Assembly (NCBI GenBank): GCA_000004985.1
Contig: GG738897.1
Source: Naegleria gruberi
Lineage: Eukaryota
DNA length: 64,000 nucleotides
Direction: 5' to 3' (one strand)
Shown here: piece after piece, positions 1 to 9,392 of the stretch
How the letters are laid out: each line of letters begins with the position of its first letter
Numbering within the stretch: the first letter of the stretch is position 1
Notes under the pieces: model-generated
Told to the model about the DNA's origin: nothing
The model's database searches: none
What the model saw: only the letters and a program-made list of their open reading frames with translations
Position numbers and translations under genes: made by a program

Positions 1-60
1 AAAGCCCCTTTACTAAAGAAGGCAGCACTGAAATCAGACTATTTGGACGAAAAATGTGCA

Positions 61-987
61 ATGATGAGTTCTACCCATATAGAGGATCTGGAATTGGATG
101 ATTTGGATAATGACCCAGTATTTAGCATATTCAATCCAAAGTTTAGTGCTTTGAAGAGATTATCTGTTCCAAATTCATTTATTGGGAACAGAAATGATTT
201 TTCTATGTTCAAAAACCTTACAGAGTTGAATGTTAATGAAACCAAAATAGGAAATAAGGTTCTATTGGCTATTTCAAAAATGACACAATTAACTTCTCTT
301 AATATTGGAAAAAACGATATTACAAAGAATGTTTTCAAACATTTGAAAAAATTAGATAATTTAACAGCTCTTGATTTAGAGGATTGTGGAGTAAAAGATA
401 TCACTCCACTGGCAAAATTAACCAAAATTACAAAGTTGAATTTGAAAAATAACTATTTGAAAGGAGAATGGTTGCAAAAATTAGTATCATATTTACCAAA
501 TTTAAGGAAGCTGAATTCGGAAGGAAACGAGCTGACTTCTTTGGCTCCATTATCACTATTAACAAATATTCAAAAATTGAAGTTGAAAAGTCTTAAGTTT
601 AGTGATATCAAAGAAATGCAGCTACAACATCTCTTGAAATTAGAATATTTGGATAAACTTTCAATCACATCAATGGATATTGGAGAGGAAGGAGCTAAGA
701 TATTAGGTAGAGGAAGATTTAAACATCTCAAACTTAATATTTGTGAGCTACACGATAGAGCATTACCATTCATCCTAACAAATACCTCCCTCAGAACTCT
801 TGATCTTCAGAAAAATAATCTTACCGAAAAAGGAGTTAATATAATTTCAAAATCATATTTGCCATTCATGCAAAAAGTTAACGTTTCTGAAAACAAATAC
901 TATGCATCAATTGAGGAAGATGATTCAAAATTCCAAATTGTAAACAAGAATGCAAGACCATTACCATTTAGAGTTATCTTTTTTTAA
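61..987 (+). CDS. Leucine-rich-repeat (LRR) protein; reading frame is open to window start, so the 5' end may be truncated or lie upstream
   Basis: ORF 43..987; first in-frame ATG at 61. Repeated LxxLxLxxN(x)I/L motifs (LTELNVNETKI, LTSLNIGKNDI, LTALDLEDCGV, ITKLNLKNNYL). TAA stop at 985-987. Confidence 0.6.
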   Translation: MMSSTHIEDLELDDLDNDPVFSIFNPKFSALKRLSVPNSFIGNRNDFSMFKNLTELNVNETKIGNKVLLAISKMTQLTSLNIGKNDITKNVFKHLKKLDNLTALDLEDCGVKDITPLAKLTKITKLNLKNNYLKGEWLQKLVSYLPNLRKLNSEGNELTSLAPLSLLTNIQKLKLKSLKFSDIKEMQLQHLLKLEYLDKLSITSMDIGEEGAKILGRGRFKHLKLNICELHDRALPFILTNTSLRTLDLQKNNLTEKGVNIISKSYLPFMQKVNVSENKYYASIEEDDSKFQIVNKNARPLPFRVIFF

Positions 988-1110
988 ACACCTACTCTGT
1001 CAACCATAATGTAAATAAATCCTGGAAATGTAAGTAAAATAATTGAGCGCTTTTTTGGAAACTACAAGTTGATTATTTCATTCTGATTGACTCTTTCCAA
1101 AATCAAAAAA

Positions 1111-2418
1111 ATGCAAAATTTGTGGAAAGGCTTATTTGCCAAGCCTTCACAGAAACCCTCTGCTGCTGATCAACAAGAATCGGCACTTGTAAAATCAACA
1201 GCCAATAATCAAGTAGTAGAAAATTCAAACTTGTCATCAACTTCGGGAAAATACAAAAAAGATGAACACATATTAATGAAAGTTGTTAGATATTACTACA
1301 ATTATTATAAACCAACACCACAGACTATGGCTGGATATAAGAGTGGTGCCTTCAAGTATATTGTAAAGCCAGCTGGTTTTTTGGGGTTGGGTGCTTTGGG
1401 AGTTGTCTTGCTGGATGTAGGATATCGGAAATTTCATGTTAATGAGGATGCTCCTTCAATTTTCACAACAAATAAGAAGATTACACCTCATCAATTATTA
1501 AGAAATTCAGATTGGCTTGAAATTAATATACCAGAGGAAAAGAAGGAAAGAACTCCGAATAGAATTCGTGAATACTTTATAAATAGGAGAAATAAGAAAC
1601 TGGCTCTTGAAGAAACAAAGCCAGCAGAGGAGCAAGTTCCAATTGAGCACGATTTTAAAAAGTTTTATGCAAAATTAGATTACAAACCTCCTGTGGATGA
1701 TTTTAATGAAGAATCGATTATTACACATATTCATGTGGAGAAATTTCATCCTTTTATGAAGGAAGGTCAAGGATATTGGTCAACCTTAATTGAATACGCA
1801 ATGATTAGGGATAAAGTTGGAGATAGTGATTTGGCATTACACTTAATTAAGGAGCAAAATGAAGCTTTTGGATCGAAAATATGGAGAAAAATTTTCACCA
1901 ACAAGGAATTTGAAAAATACAAGGAATCAAATATTTGGTTAGAAAAGCCATGGATTTTAAATGAATTGAATATAGATTTGAATATGGAAAAGGAATATAA
2001 TGTCAAATCGCTCAAAGACTATGTTGAAAATCATGAAGCAAATCCAGGAATTCAACAGGTATTGAAAAACACATTGAACAAGCATGATAGTCTATTAACA
2101 TCGGATGATTTACTTCAACAAAATTACTATCTCTATGTGAGTGAAGAGGCCTTTGATGAATTTAAATCTACCAGAAATTCCAATATTCGAGTTGTACAAA
2201 AATCTGCCAAACAAGGTGACATGTTCTTTGTAGTTGGAAGTAAGAAGCCACAAATCAAGGATGATATTTCATCACTCACTTTCTTGACACATAAGAAAGA
2301 GGATGACTATATACAAGAATCAAAGGAGCAAGAAAAGAAAAATCATTCACCTCTCTGGATGAGATCTGCTGTAATTGCAGGAGCTCTTGGCTTGGCTGTT
2401 TCATCCATTATTTTGTAA
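1111..2418 (+). CDS. Hypothetical membrane protein with C-terminal hydrophobic tail (AVIAGALGLAVSSIIL); unknown function
   Basis: ORF 1087..2418 (track start is a TTG; first ATG at 1111, MQNLWKG...). Internal hydrophobic segment AGFLGLGALGVVLL and terminal tail-anchor-like helix. No recognisable catalytic motifs. Confidence 0.45.
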   Translation: MQNLWKGLFAKPSQKPSAADQQESALVKSTANNQVVENSNLSSTSGKYKKDEHILMKVVRYYYNYYKPTPQTMAGYKSGAFKYIVKPAGFLGLGALGVVLLDVGYRKFHVNEDAPSIFTTNKKITPHQLLRNSDWLEINIPEEKKERTPNRIREYFINRRNKKLALEETKPAEEQVPIEHDFKKFYAKLDYKPPVDDFNEESIITHIHVEKFHPFMKEGQGYWSTLIEYAMIRDKVGDSDLALHLIKEQNEAFGSKIWRKIFTNKEFEKYKESNIWLEKPWILNELNIDLNMEKEYNVKSLKDYVENHEANPGIQQVLKNTLNKHDSLLTSDDLLQQNYYLYVSEEAFDEFKSTRNSNIRVVQKSAKQGDMFFVVGSKKPQIKDDISSLTFLTHKKEDDYIQESKEQEKKNHSPLWMRSAVIAGALGLAVSSIIL

Positions 2419-2465
2419 AATATTTTGTAATCAAGATCTGTTCTTGAAAGGTAATAAAAGGAAAA

Positions 2466-3636
2466 TTAAACCAATGACAGCCTATCTCTCCTACAAATAT
2501 TAGGTCCATATTCTTGGTATGACTCTTTTGTAATCCAACCTGTTGTAATAGTGGATCTGCTTGAATAAATTGAGGCTCCAATAAACGAAGAAAATTGAGG
2601 GGAATCCATGCTAATAAATTTCTTTCTGACATTCTTTGGAAGAAGTAAATCCAACTCTTGTTCAAGTCTCTTGTCTAGTCCATCTATTAGGGAATTTCCC
2701 CCACATAATACTATATTTCCATAAAGATCTAAGCGAGAATCTATTGGACATTTTGTAAAACTGTTGTGAACCATTTCGTGAAGACCATCCACATTCTTAT
2801 TCAAAATGAATGGATTAAATAAACATTCTGCAGAGAGATTCTGTTCGCCTGACATTTCTATCTTTGTAAGATCTGGAAGGAAGTAATCTATTTTTTGAGA
2901 ATTAATATTCGGTTCACCATTGAAACAAACAACTTTCTCCTTCATTTCTCTGACAATTTCTAGCTCAGAACTTGTATGAAAAGAAAATCCTTTCTGATTC
3001 AATAATTGTCTCAAGTGGTCTGTCACCATCCTTCCATTCACAATATTGCTCCTCAAAATTGCATTTTCAATCACAAAGCAGTCCCAGATTGGGACTATTT
3101 GCGTTAAATCCTCACCCATTTCAATAATTATTGCTGAATTTCTTCCACTCGCAAATAAGGACATTATTGGTTGATATCCAAAATCCAATCCCAAAATTCC
3201 AAACCTCTCAAACAATAAACTTGTCATTCGTTCTCTTTCTGATTTTGGATTTAAAATTGCCTCCGTACAGAAAAAACATTCTTCACTGGCATACATGTGC
3301 AATTCCTCTTTAATCAAATATTCTAACAAATTTTCAAAATTATCCCAATCCACAATTACACCATTCCTAGTCACTTCCGATTCATTAACCATTCCTCTCA
3401 TCCTTTTTAAAGCCTCTCCGATATATCCCAATTTTTGTGATTCAACAAGAGGCATTGCAATTGGATATTTCGGATAACCAACAACTGAACGAATGATACA
3501 TGCTGGCTCACTCCTTGAATTAATTCCTGGGATTCAAAATTAATCATCATCAAAAACAACAATAAAATTCCAATTTTTCAATCCTTTACCTACCAGCCTT
3601 GATAGAGTGAGAGCCTAAATCCAACACGATTGTCAT
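2466..3636 (-). CDS. Actin-related protein (Arp family), 2 exons: 3594..3636 and 2466..3526; intron 3527..3593 (67 nt, GTAGGT...CCCAG)
   Basis: ORF 2466..3455 aligns to the actin fold (NPK..RE.MTS.LFE.F, SGR..AIII..GED.T.IVPI, LYGNIVL.GG.S...G...RL..EL, KESYQEYGP). The missing N-terminal actin segment (MTIVLDLGSHSIKAG + INSRSEPACIIRSVVGYPKYPIAMPLVE) is recovered by splicing a 43-nt first exon whose ATG is at 3634-3636. Confidence 0.75.
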
Positions 3637-3964
3637 TTTTTTTTATTGTAATTAATAATCTGATAAGATTTAATTGGGAGGGTGATGAACTTGGATGTTT
3701 TTTTCTTTCTTAACGAAATTGTAATTCCTCAGACGAAATGTTCCCTCCAAGAAAACCATCTTTGCGAGTTAAAAACAATCTTGTTTATTCAAATGTTCAG
3801 CCCATCTCCATTGTAAAACTTCTTCACAGTTCTTTCTCACACTGGATCCTATAATCTATTTTTAAAATTTGAATTTCAAACTCATCACACAAAAATTTTT
3901 AAGTGAGTTGAACTCGTTTTGTAAAAGAGACAACAATACATTTCGAAAAAAATATTCCAAAACC

Positions 3965-4201
3965 ATGCAAATTAACATCAAGACATTGTCAGGTGGTATT
4001 ACCAAGTTGGACGTCGAAGATACTGACAAGGTTACCTATCTTAAACAACTCATCCAAGAAAAAGTTGGTATTGCTGTTCCGCAACAAAGACTTGTCATGA
4101 ACGGTAAGATTTTGCCTGATGATAAGACTTGTGTGGATGCTGGTCTTAAGGCTGGTGATACCGTCCAATTGATTTTGCAATTGAAGGGAGGTTGTTTGTA
4201 A
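3965..4201 (+). CDS. Ubiquitin-like protein, NEDD8/Rub1-like (78 aa, ends LKGG-CL)
   Basis: MQINIKTLSGG...QQRLVMNGKIL.DDKT..D.G...D.V.L.LQLKGGCL: ubiquitin beta-grasp with the NEDD8-type QQRL motif and a Gly-Gly before a short C-terminal extension. The ORF track start at 3869 is an upstream non-ATG extension; the ATG is at 3965. Confidence 0.7.
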   Translation: MQINIKTLSGGITKLDVEDTDKVTYLKQLIQEKVGIAVPQQRLVMNGKILPDDKTCVDAGLKAGDTVQLILQLKGGCL

Positions 4202-4568
4202 ATTCATCACGATCTTGTAATTTATGTAATAAATAATTTAAAAATTGTACAATTTAATATTGTTATTATTATTAATTGATGTGATGATGATCAAAATTTT
4301 GTATTTATGTTCAACATGATCGTCATCAGCAGCACAACAATAATTATCCACACACGGTGAACTTGTTTTAGCTAGAGAACTTTATGATCAGCAGCTGCCA
4401 TACAATGTGTATTCACTCTCTACAGCACAGAAGAGAGACAATCCAAGAATGATTAATTTCCTTTTCCCTTCCTTCATAATAGAGAGTCTCTCCTGTGTAA
4501 AGCAACAAACAAAAGGAACATCATCATACGACTGCCATTTGGTGATAAAGTAAAAATAGTACAAAAAA

Positions 4569-6061
4569 ATGGCCAAAGTGAACATGATAGCCTACACCTT
4601 GCTGAGGTGGTTCTTTGAGTAGGTTTTTAAAAAAGTGATGAGGATTAATAACTTCTTTTAATATGGTGACTTTAGATTTTGTATTCACATGTTCTATGGT
4701 AATGTGAGTGCAAGAGGAACAGAAAATATTCCAAAAGATCGTCCTGTCATATTGTAAGTGATCAATCATTTAGAAATGATCAATAATGAGGATAAAGTGT
4801 TGTCAATCATTATAATGGATTAGTGGATGCATTGTTTCTCTATTCAGAAGTGAGCAATAGACTTATTAGAGGTGTTGCTAAACAAGAATTATTTAATTTA
4901 CCTGTTGTTGGATTCTTTATGAAATTACTCGGAATTATTCCAATCATTAGACCATGTGATGTGAATGGAAAGGATTTGGAAGAACAAAGAAAATTATCGA
5001 ATCTAGCTGCTATTAATGCTATGGCCGAAGTGTTGATTGATGGACATTGTATAGTCATATTCCCTGAAGGAACAAGTCACAATAATAGTGACATTCTAAC
5101 AATCAAGACAGGTTTTGCCAGAGCAGCTTTTACTTGTTTGGAGAAGTGTGAAAATTTGGATAAGATTTATCTAGTACCAGTTGGATTAAACTATGATAGT
5201 AAGAATGAATTTAGATCAGATGTTTATGTTCAATTTGGAAAGGAAATTCCTATTGATAGAAATGATTTACAAGAATACCAACAAGATAGTGGAAAGACTT
5301 TGCATAGACTTGCTGATGTTGTAAAGGATGCTTTGAGAAATGTCACAGTTGTTGCCAAGGAACCAGATACAATTTTGGCTGCTCAAGTCGCTAGATCACT
5401 TGTTAGAAATAGATCCTTCCCATTAACTCAAGAAGAATACTTGCTCATTACTCAAAGATTTATTGATTTATTTGAAAATGAGCCAGAGGCAAAACCTGTT
5501 TACGAGACTCTCAAACAATTCAATGCCCATATCAGATTATTGAATATGAAGTATTATGAAATTTCTATGAAATATTCATTTGTCAGAAAGATTATTACCC
5601 TATTGTTCACTTTACCAATTTGTTTACCTGGTTCTTTGTATCATGGTCCTATTGGTCTACTTTGTTCTCATCTTGGAAAAAAGCTTGCTGCTGGATATAA
5701 AGATCAAGAGGCTCACTACAAGCTTATGATTGTTATCAGCTTACTTCCAATTTATTATTTGATAACCATTGGAATATTGACCTATTTATTTAGTTTCTAC
5801 TTTGCCTTGTACTGTGCACTTTTATTGGCAATTTCAGGAATTTTAGCTGTTAGAATTAGACCAGTTGCCGTCTCATTGCAAATTATGAAATCTCTAGGAA
5901 AATTGCTAGTTATTAATAGAGAAGAAATCTTGAAGGTCCAAAGACAAATTAGAAATGATTTGGCACCACTAGTTGGAAAGCACTGTCAAGATCTTATCAA
6001 ACTTAATTTATTCGATACTGAAATTGTTGCCAAGAGTGAAAGCTCTATTAAACAAAATTAA
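4569..6061 (+). CDS. Glycerol-3-phosphate acyltransferase of the Sct1/Gpt2 type (PlsC superfamily), 3 exons: 4569..4618, 4676..4753, 4798..6061; C-terminal multi-TM region
   Basis: Spliced N-terminus reads MAKVNMIAYTLLRWFFEFCIHMFYGNVSARGTENIPKDRPVIFVVNHYNGLVDALFLYSEV. This matches the Sct1 block TWLLYNIFHCFF...GPCIFVAAPHANQFVDPVIL including the HX5D variant of acyltransferase motif I. Motif III is IFPEGTSHNNSD (Sct1: FPEGGSHDR). Introns 4619..4675 (GTAGGT..TTTAG) and 4754..4797 (GTAAGT..AAAG). Hydrophobic helices after residue about 250. Confidence 0.75.
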
Positions 6062-6098
6062 TTCACTACCATTATTACTCACACAATAACATTTAATA

Positions 6099-8233
6099 TT
6101 ACAATGATTTTTGCATCTTGTTAAGAGTTTCGTCCAATTTACAAGCAGCAGAAATAAGAGAAATGAAAGTGAACGCTTGTGGGAAATTTCCAAGTGCAGA
6201 ACCATTGAAACTCATTTCCTCCGAGTATAAATTCAAGTGATTTCCATAGGTAATCATTTGTTCAAGCATCATTCTACCTTCCTGAAGGAGATCCTTCGAT
6301 TCACCATAACTACATGCTCTAGCAATTGATTCAATCAACCAGAAAGTACACAAATTGAAGGTTCCCTCCTCTCCTCCACTAAACCCATCATCAGTTTTTT
6401 CAACCAGATATCTGTAGACAAGACTAGAGCTCACTAATCCATTTTCTTCGGGCGGCTTATTGATTGCCTTAATGGTATTGACTACGAGAGTATCGGATGG
6501 ACTCAGGAAGGAAACTAATGGAATAATCAAAGTGGAAGCATCAAGTGTATCAGATCCGTAGAAACTTGTGAAGGATTCAAGTTCTCTATTGTAACCCTTT
6601 TCGATTACTTGTTCGAATATTTGATTTCTGACTTTAATCCATTTGTCAACATCCGCTGGGAAAGATCTGGATTGTGCAATTTTTATAGCTCTATCCAAAC
6701 AAACCCATGTCATGATTCTACTGTAAACAAAATGTTGTCTTCCACCTCTAACTTCCCAAACACCCTCTGCCAAATGTCATTTCTATTGAAATTCACAAAA
6801 AACTTACCATCTTTTTCATCCCAATTATTACAAACCCAATTTGTAATAAATCTCAAATGCTTCCAAAAGTCATAAGAAATTGAATTCCCATACTTGTCAT
6901 AAATATACATTGAATCCATCAATTCACCATAAATATCCAATTGCAATTGATCATAGGCTCCATTTCCAATTCTAACAGGTTTAGAATTCATATAACCAGA
7001 CAAGTGATCAATAGTTCTCTCAATCAACTCATGTTCTCCATCAATACTGTACATGACCTGAAGTGGGGGTGGAGAACCCTTCTCATCTGATTGTTTGTAC
7101 TTTAAATTCATTTCTGATATTCTAGCTTCCAGATATTTCACAAATTTAGTTGCTTCCTCCATGAAACCAATGCTCATGAAACTGTAGAGTGTGAAGGAGG
7201 CATCTCTAATCCAAGTGAATCTGTAATCCCAATTTCTCACCCCACCAATGCCTTCAGGAAGTGATGTGGAGGCAGCTGCTAGAATGGCACCTGTCTTTTC
7301 ATAGGTTAAAAGCTTGAGAGCTAGTGCACTTCTTTTCACTTGTTCTCTCCATCTGCCTTTATAGGTACATTTTTGAAGCCAATCATGCCAATAATCGAGA
7401 GTTTCATTGAGCATTTCTTCACCATATTGAGTAATTGTCTTGGAACCAAAGATGGATGATAGTTCTTGCTCTGGACAAGTCAAAGCATCGTCGAATGTAC
7501 CAAATACGAAAGTTACACTTTCATCTTCCTCAATGGTAAATTCGCATTCAACACAATTACCAGTCATTGAATCAACGTATGGATCCATCATACACATGGA
7601 TTGTCTTCTGACAGTTGGGGATAGAGTATTCGATTGAGTATTTACACCATTCACAATTGGAATGATTGGTAAAACTGGAATAATCTTGAGAATTGGCTTA
7701 CTACAATACAATGTAGCGTGTTCACAATTGATACTACTCTCTGGAATGTTCAATGGATTCATTGGATTATAAAATGGTTTAAAGAATGCTTTTTTACCAT
7801 GAGCTCCAATTTTACATTCATGCAAATCACTTGCATAATTAAAGGATGGACAGCAACTAACCTTAAATGTCATGGATCCATGGATACAGTTAACTTTTCT
7901 AATAAGAAAGTTTGTACAAGGCCTCTTTTCAGAAACTGGCATAAAATCAATCAATTCACCAATTCCATGCTTGGACATGAATCTTGTAATGAGAATATTT
8001 GTATCAGGCCAATAATGTTGTTTAGTTTTTGTGTAATTCATAGCACGAATTGAGAAACTTCCACCCTTTCTACAATCGAGAATTCGTCCAAAAACACTTG
8101 AAGAATTGAATTGTGGATAACACATCCAGTCAATTGTGCCTTCGGTTCCAACCAATGCACAAGTTTCCATATTTCCAATCATTCCATGAGAATCTATTGG
8201 AAGATAATCGATTCGTTGTGCTGGAGAGGACAT
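6099..8233 (-). CDS. Glycoside hydrolase family 15 (bacterial/archaeal-type glucoamylase / glucodextranase / trehalase-like), 2 exons: 6808..8233 and 6099..6766; intron 6767..6807 (41 nt)
   Basis: N-terminus IDYLPIDSHGMIGNMETCALVGTEGTIDWMCYPQFNSSSVFGRILDCRKGG is the GH15 N-domain signature (Y..IGD..T.ALV...GSIDW.C.PRFDS.S.F). Splicing GATG|GTAAGT...GGCAG|AG joins ...[35 protein letters not shown], the conserved GH15 W.EPDEG.WE.RG...FTYSK.M.WVALDRA block. Unspliced reading hits a stop. Confidence 0.8.
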
Positions 8234-8483
8234 GTTAGAGAGTTTTTTTTAATGATTGAATAAGTAAGTTGCAAAATTGTACTCCTCAAGCAATTCTAAT
8301 AAAAAAATTAATTTGGAAAGTTTCCATATTTATTTTGGATGAATAATGTAATGTTTAGAAACTGTTTCAAATACTAAAGATAATTACATTTCCAATTTCA
8401 GGAAAAGGTAACCAGAATGTACTGCTTGCCTTAGAAGAGTATTTGAGATTCTTTTGTTAATATTTAATCTTAAATGCTCAAAT

Positions 8484-9206
8484 TCAATCCATGAGTTTAT
8501 AAACTTCTAAGTCTTCAATAAGGAAACCAATTCTTGGAAAGTACTGATTCTCCAACAATTCACCATATTCATTGACTTGATTACCACCCTCTTTCTTTAG
8601 TAATTTACACTCTGGAAAAATGTGATCCTCCATTTCATCATGTGATCCAGACGTGGCAGATGTGTTTGCATTGGTACCAATCCAAAAGCAATATCCAAAC
8701 GCAAATAAATGAAATGAGCTATATCTATACAATGCATAGATCCTATCTTCAGGTAATAATCTGAAAATACACAATCGATTGTTATCAAATCGAAACGTAA
8801 ACATTTCTTCATCCTTGACATACATTCCTCTCTCATCAAGTTTCATACTTTCACTCGTATATCCTCCAAATAAATCTCCACATTTAGATTTTAAAATAAT
8901 TACAATCTTTCCTTGATCATCACAATGTTTATGAAAATCTGAATCTGAAAATCCATCCCTACTCGCTCTGAATATTAATTTTGGAGTTTGATGAGTTCTC
9001 AATTCCTTTCTAAATAATTGATGATATTGAGTAGAGTTAATCAGTGCACGGGAAAGCTTGGCTTCTTTCCGATATAAATGAGTGAGTGTAGGTGATCCGA
9101 TGTGTTGATCGAGCTTGATTGTGATACACTCTCCGATTGGTTCTTCAAAGTTTTCCATTTTTTTGTAATTATTTAATAAATACTTATTCATCAGAAATAT
9201 ATCCAT
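8484..9206 (-). CDS. TLDc-domain protein (Oxr1/NCOA7-like)
   Basis: LIFRASRDGFSDSDFHKHCDDQGKIVIILKSKCGDLFGGYTSESMKL matches the TLDc core (LLYR.S.DGFS...FH..CD..GPT..LIK...G..FGGY.S..W). True start may be the internal MENFEEP. Confidence 0.65.
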   Translation of the reverse strand: MDIFLMNKYLLNNYKKMENFEEPIGECITIKLDQHIGSPTLTHLYRKEAKLSRALINSTQYHQLFRKELRTHQTPKLIFRASRDGFSDSDFHKHCDDQGKIVIILKSKCGDLFGGYTSESMKLDERGMYVKDEEMFTFRFDNNRLCIFRLLPEDRIYALYRYSSFHLFAFGYCFWIGTNANTSATSGSHDEMEDHIFPECKLLKKEGGNQVNEYGELLENQYFPRIGFLIEDLEVYKLMD

Positions 9207-9392
9207 TATTTAAAGGTCAAACGGTGAAATAATAAGGCTGTTATCTAACGAAAACCTGTCGCAATTTAGTAAGCTATGGGTATGTTATTAATCAACTCAT
9301 TTCAATTAATTTTCATCAAACCAAAATTTCAATCACCACTAAAGTCAAATATTTTTTATAAATAAATTTAAAAAAAGTTAGCGCTAAAAAAA

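Noticed and set aside
39-773. Minus-strand ORFs 39..425 and 570..773 antisense to the LRR gene, and similar antisense ORFs (1767..2015, 3989..4210, 4840..5058, 11955..12375, 36783..36986, 37571..37795, 43662..44306, 45426..46217)
   Set aside because: All lie wholly inside better-supported genes on the other strand, lack conserved motifs, and are expected by chance in AT-rich DNA with few stop codons in some frames.
4755-4773. A 19-nt micro-intron (GTAAGTGATCAATCATTTAG) in the GPAT gene
   Set aside because: It gave the wrong phase and lost the catalytic His. The 44-nt intron 4754..4797 restores the PVIFVVNHYNGLVD motif that aligns with yeast Sct1.
6783-6807. A 25-nt intron ending CAATAG in the GH15 gene
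   Set aside because: Splicing there runs into a TGA two codons later. The 41-nt alternative ending GGCAG restores the conserved [13 protein letters not shown] block.
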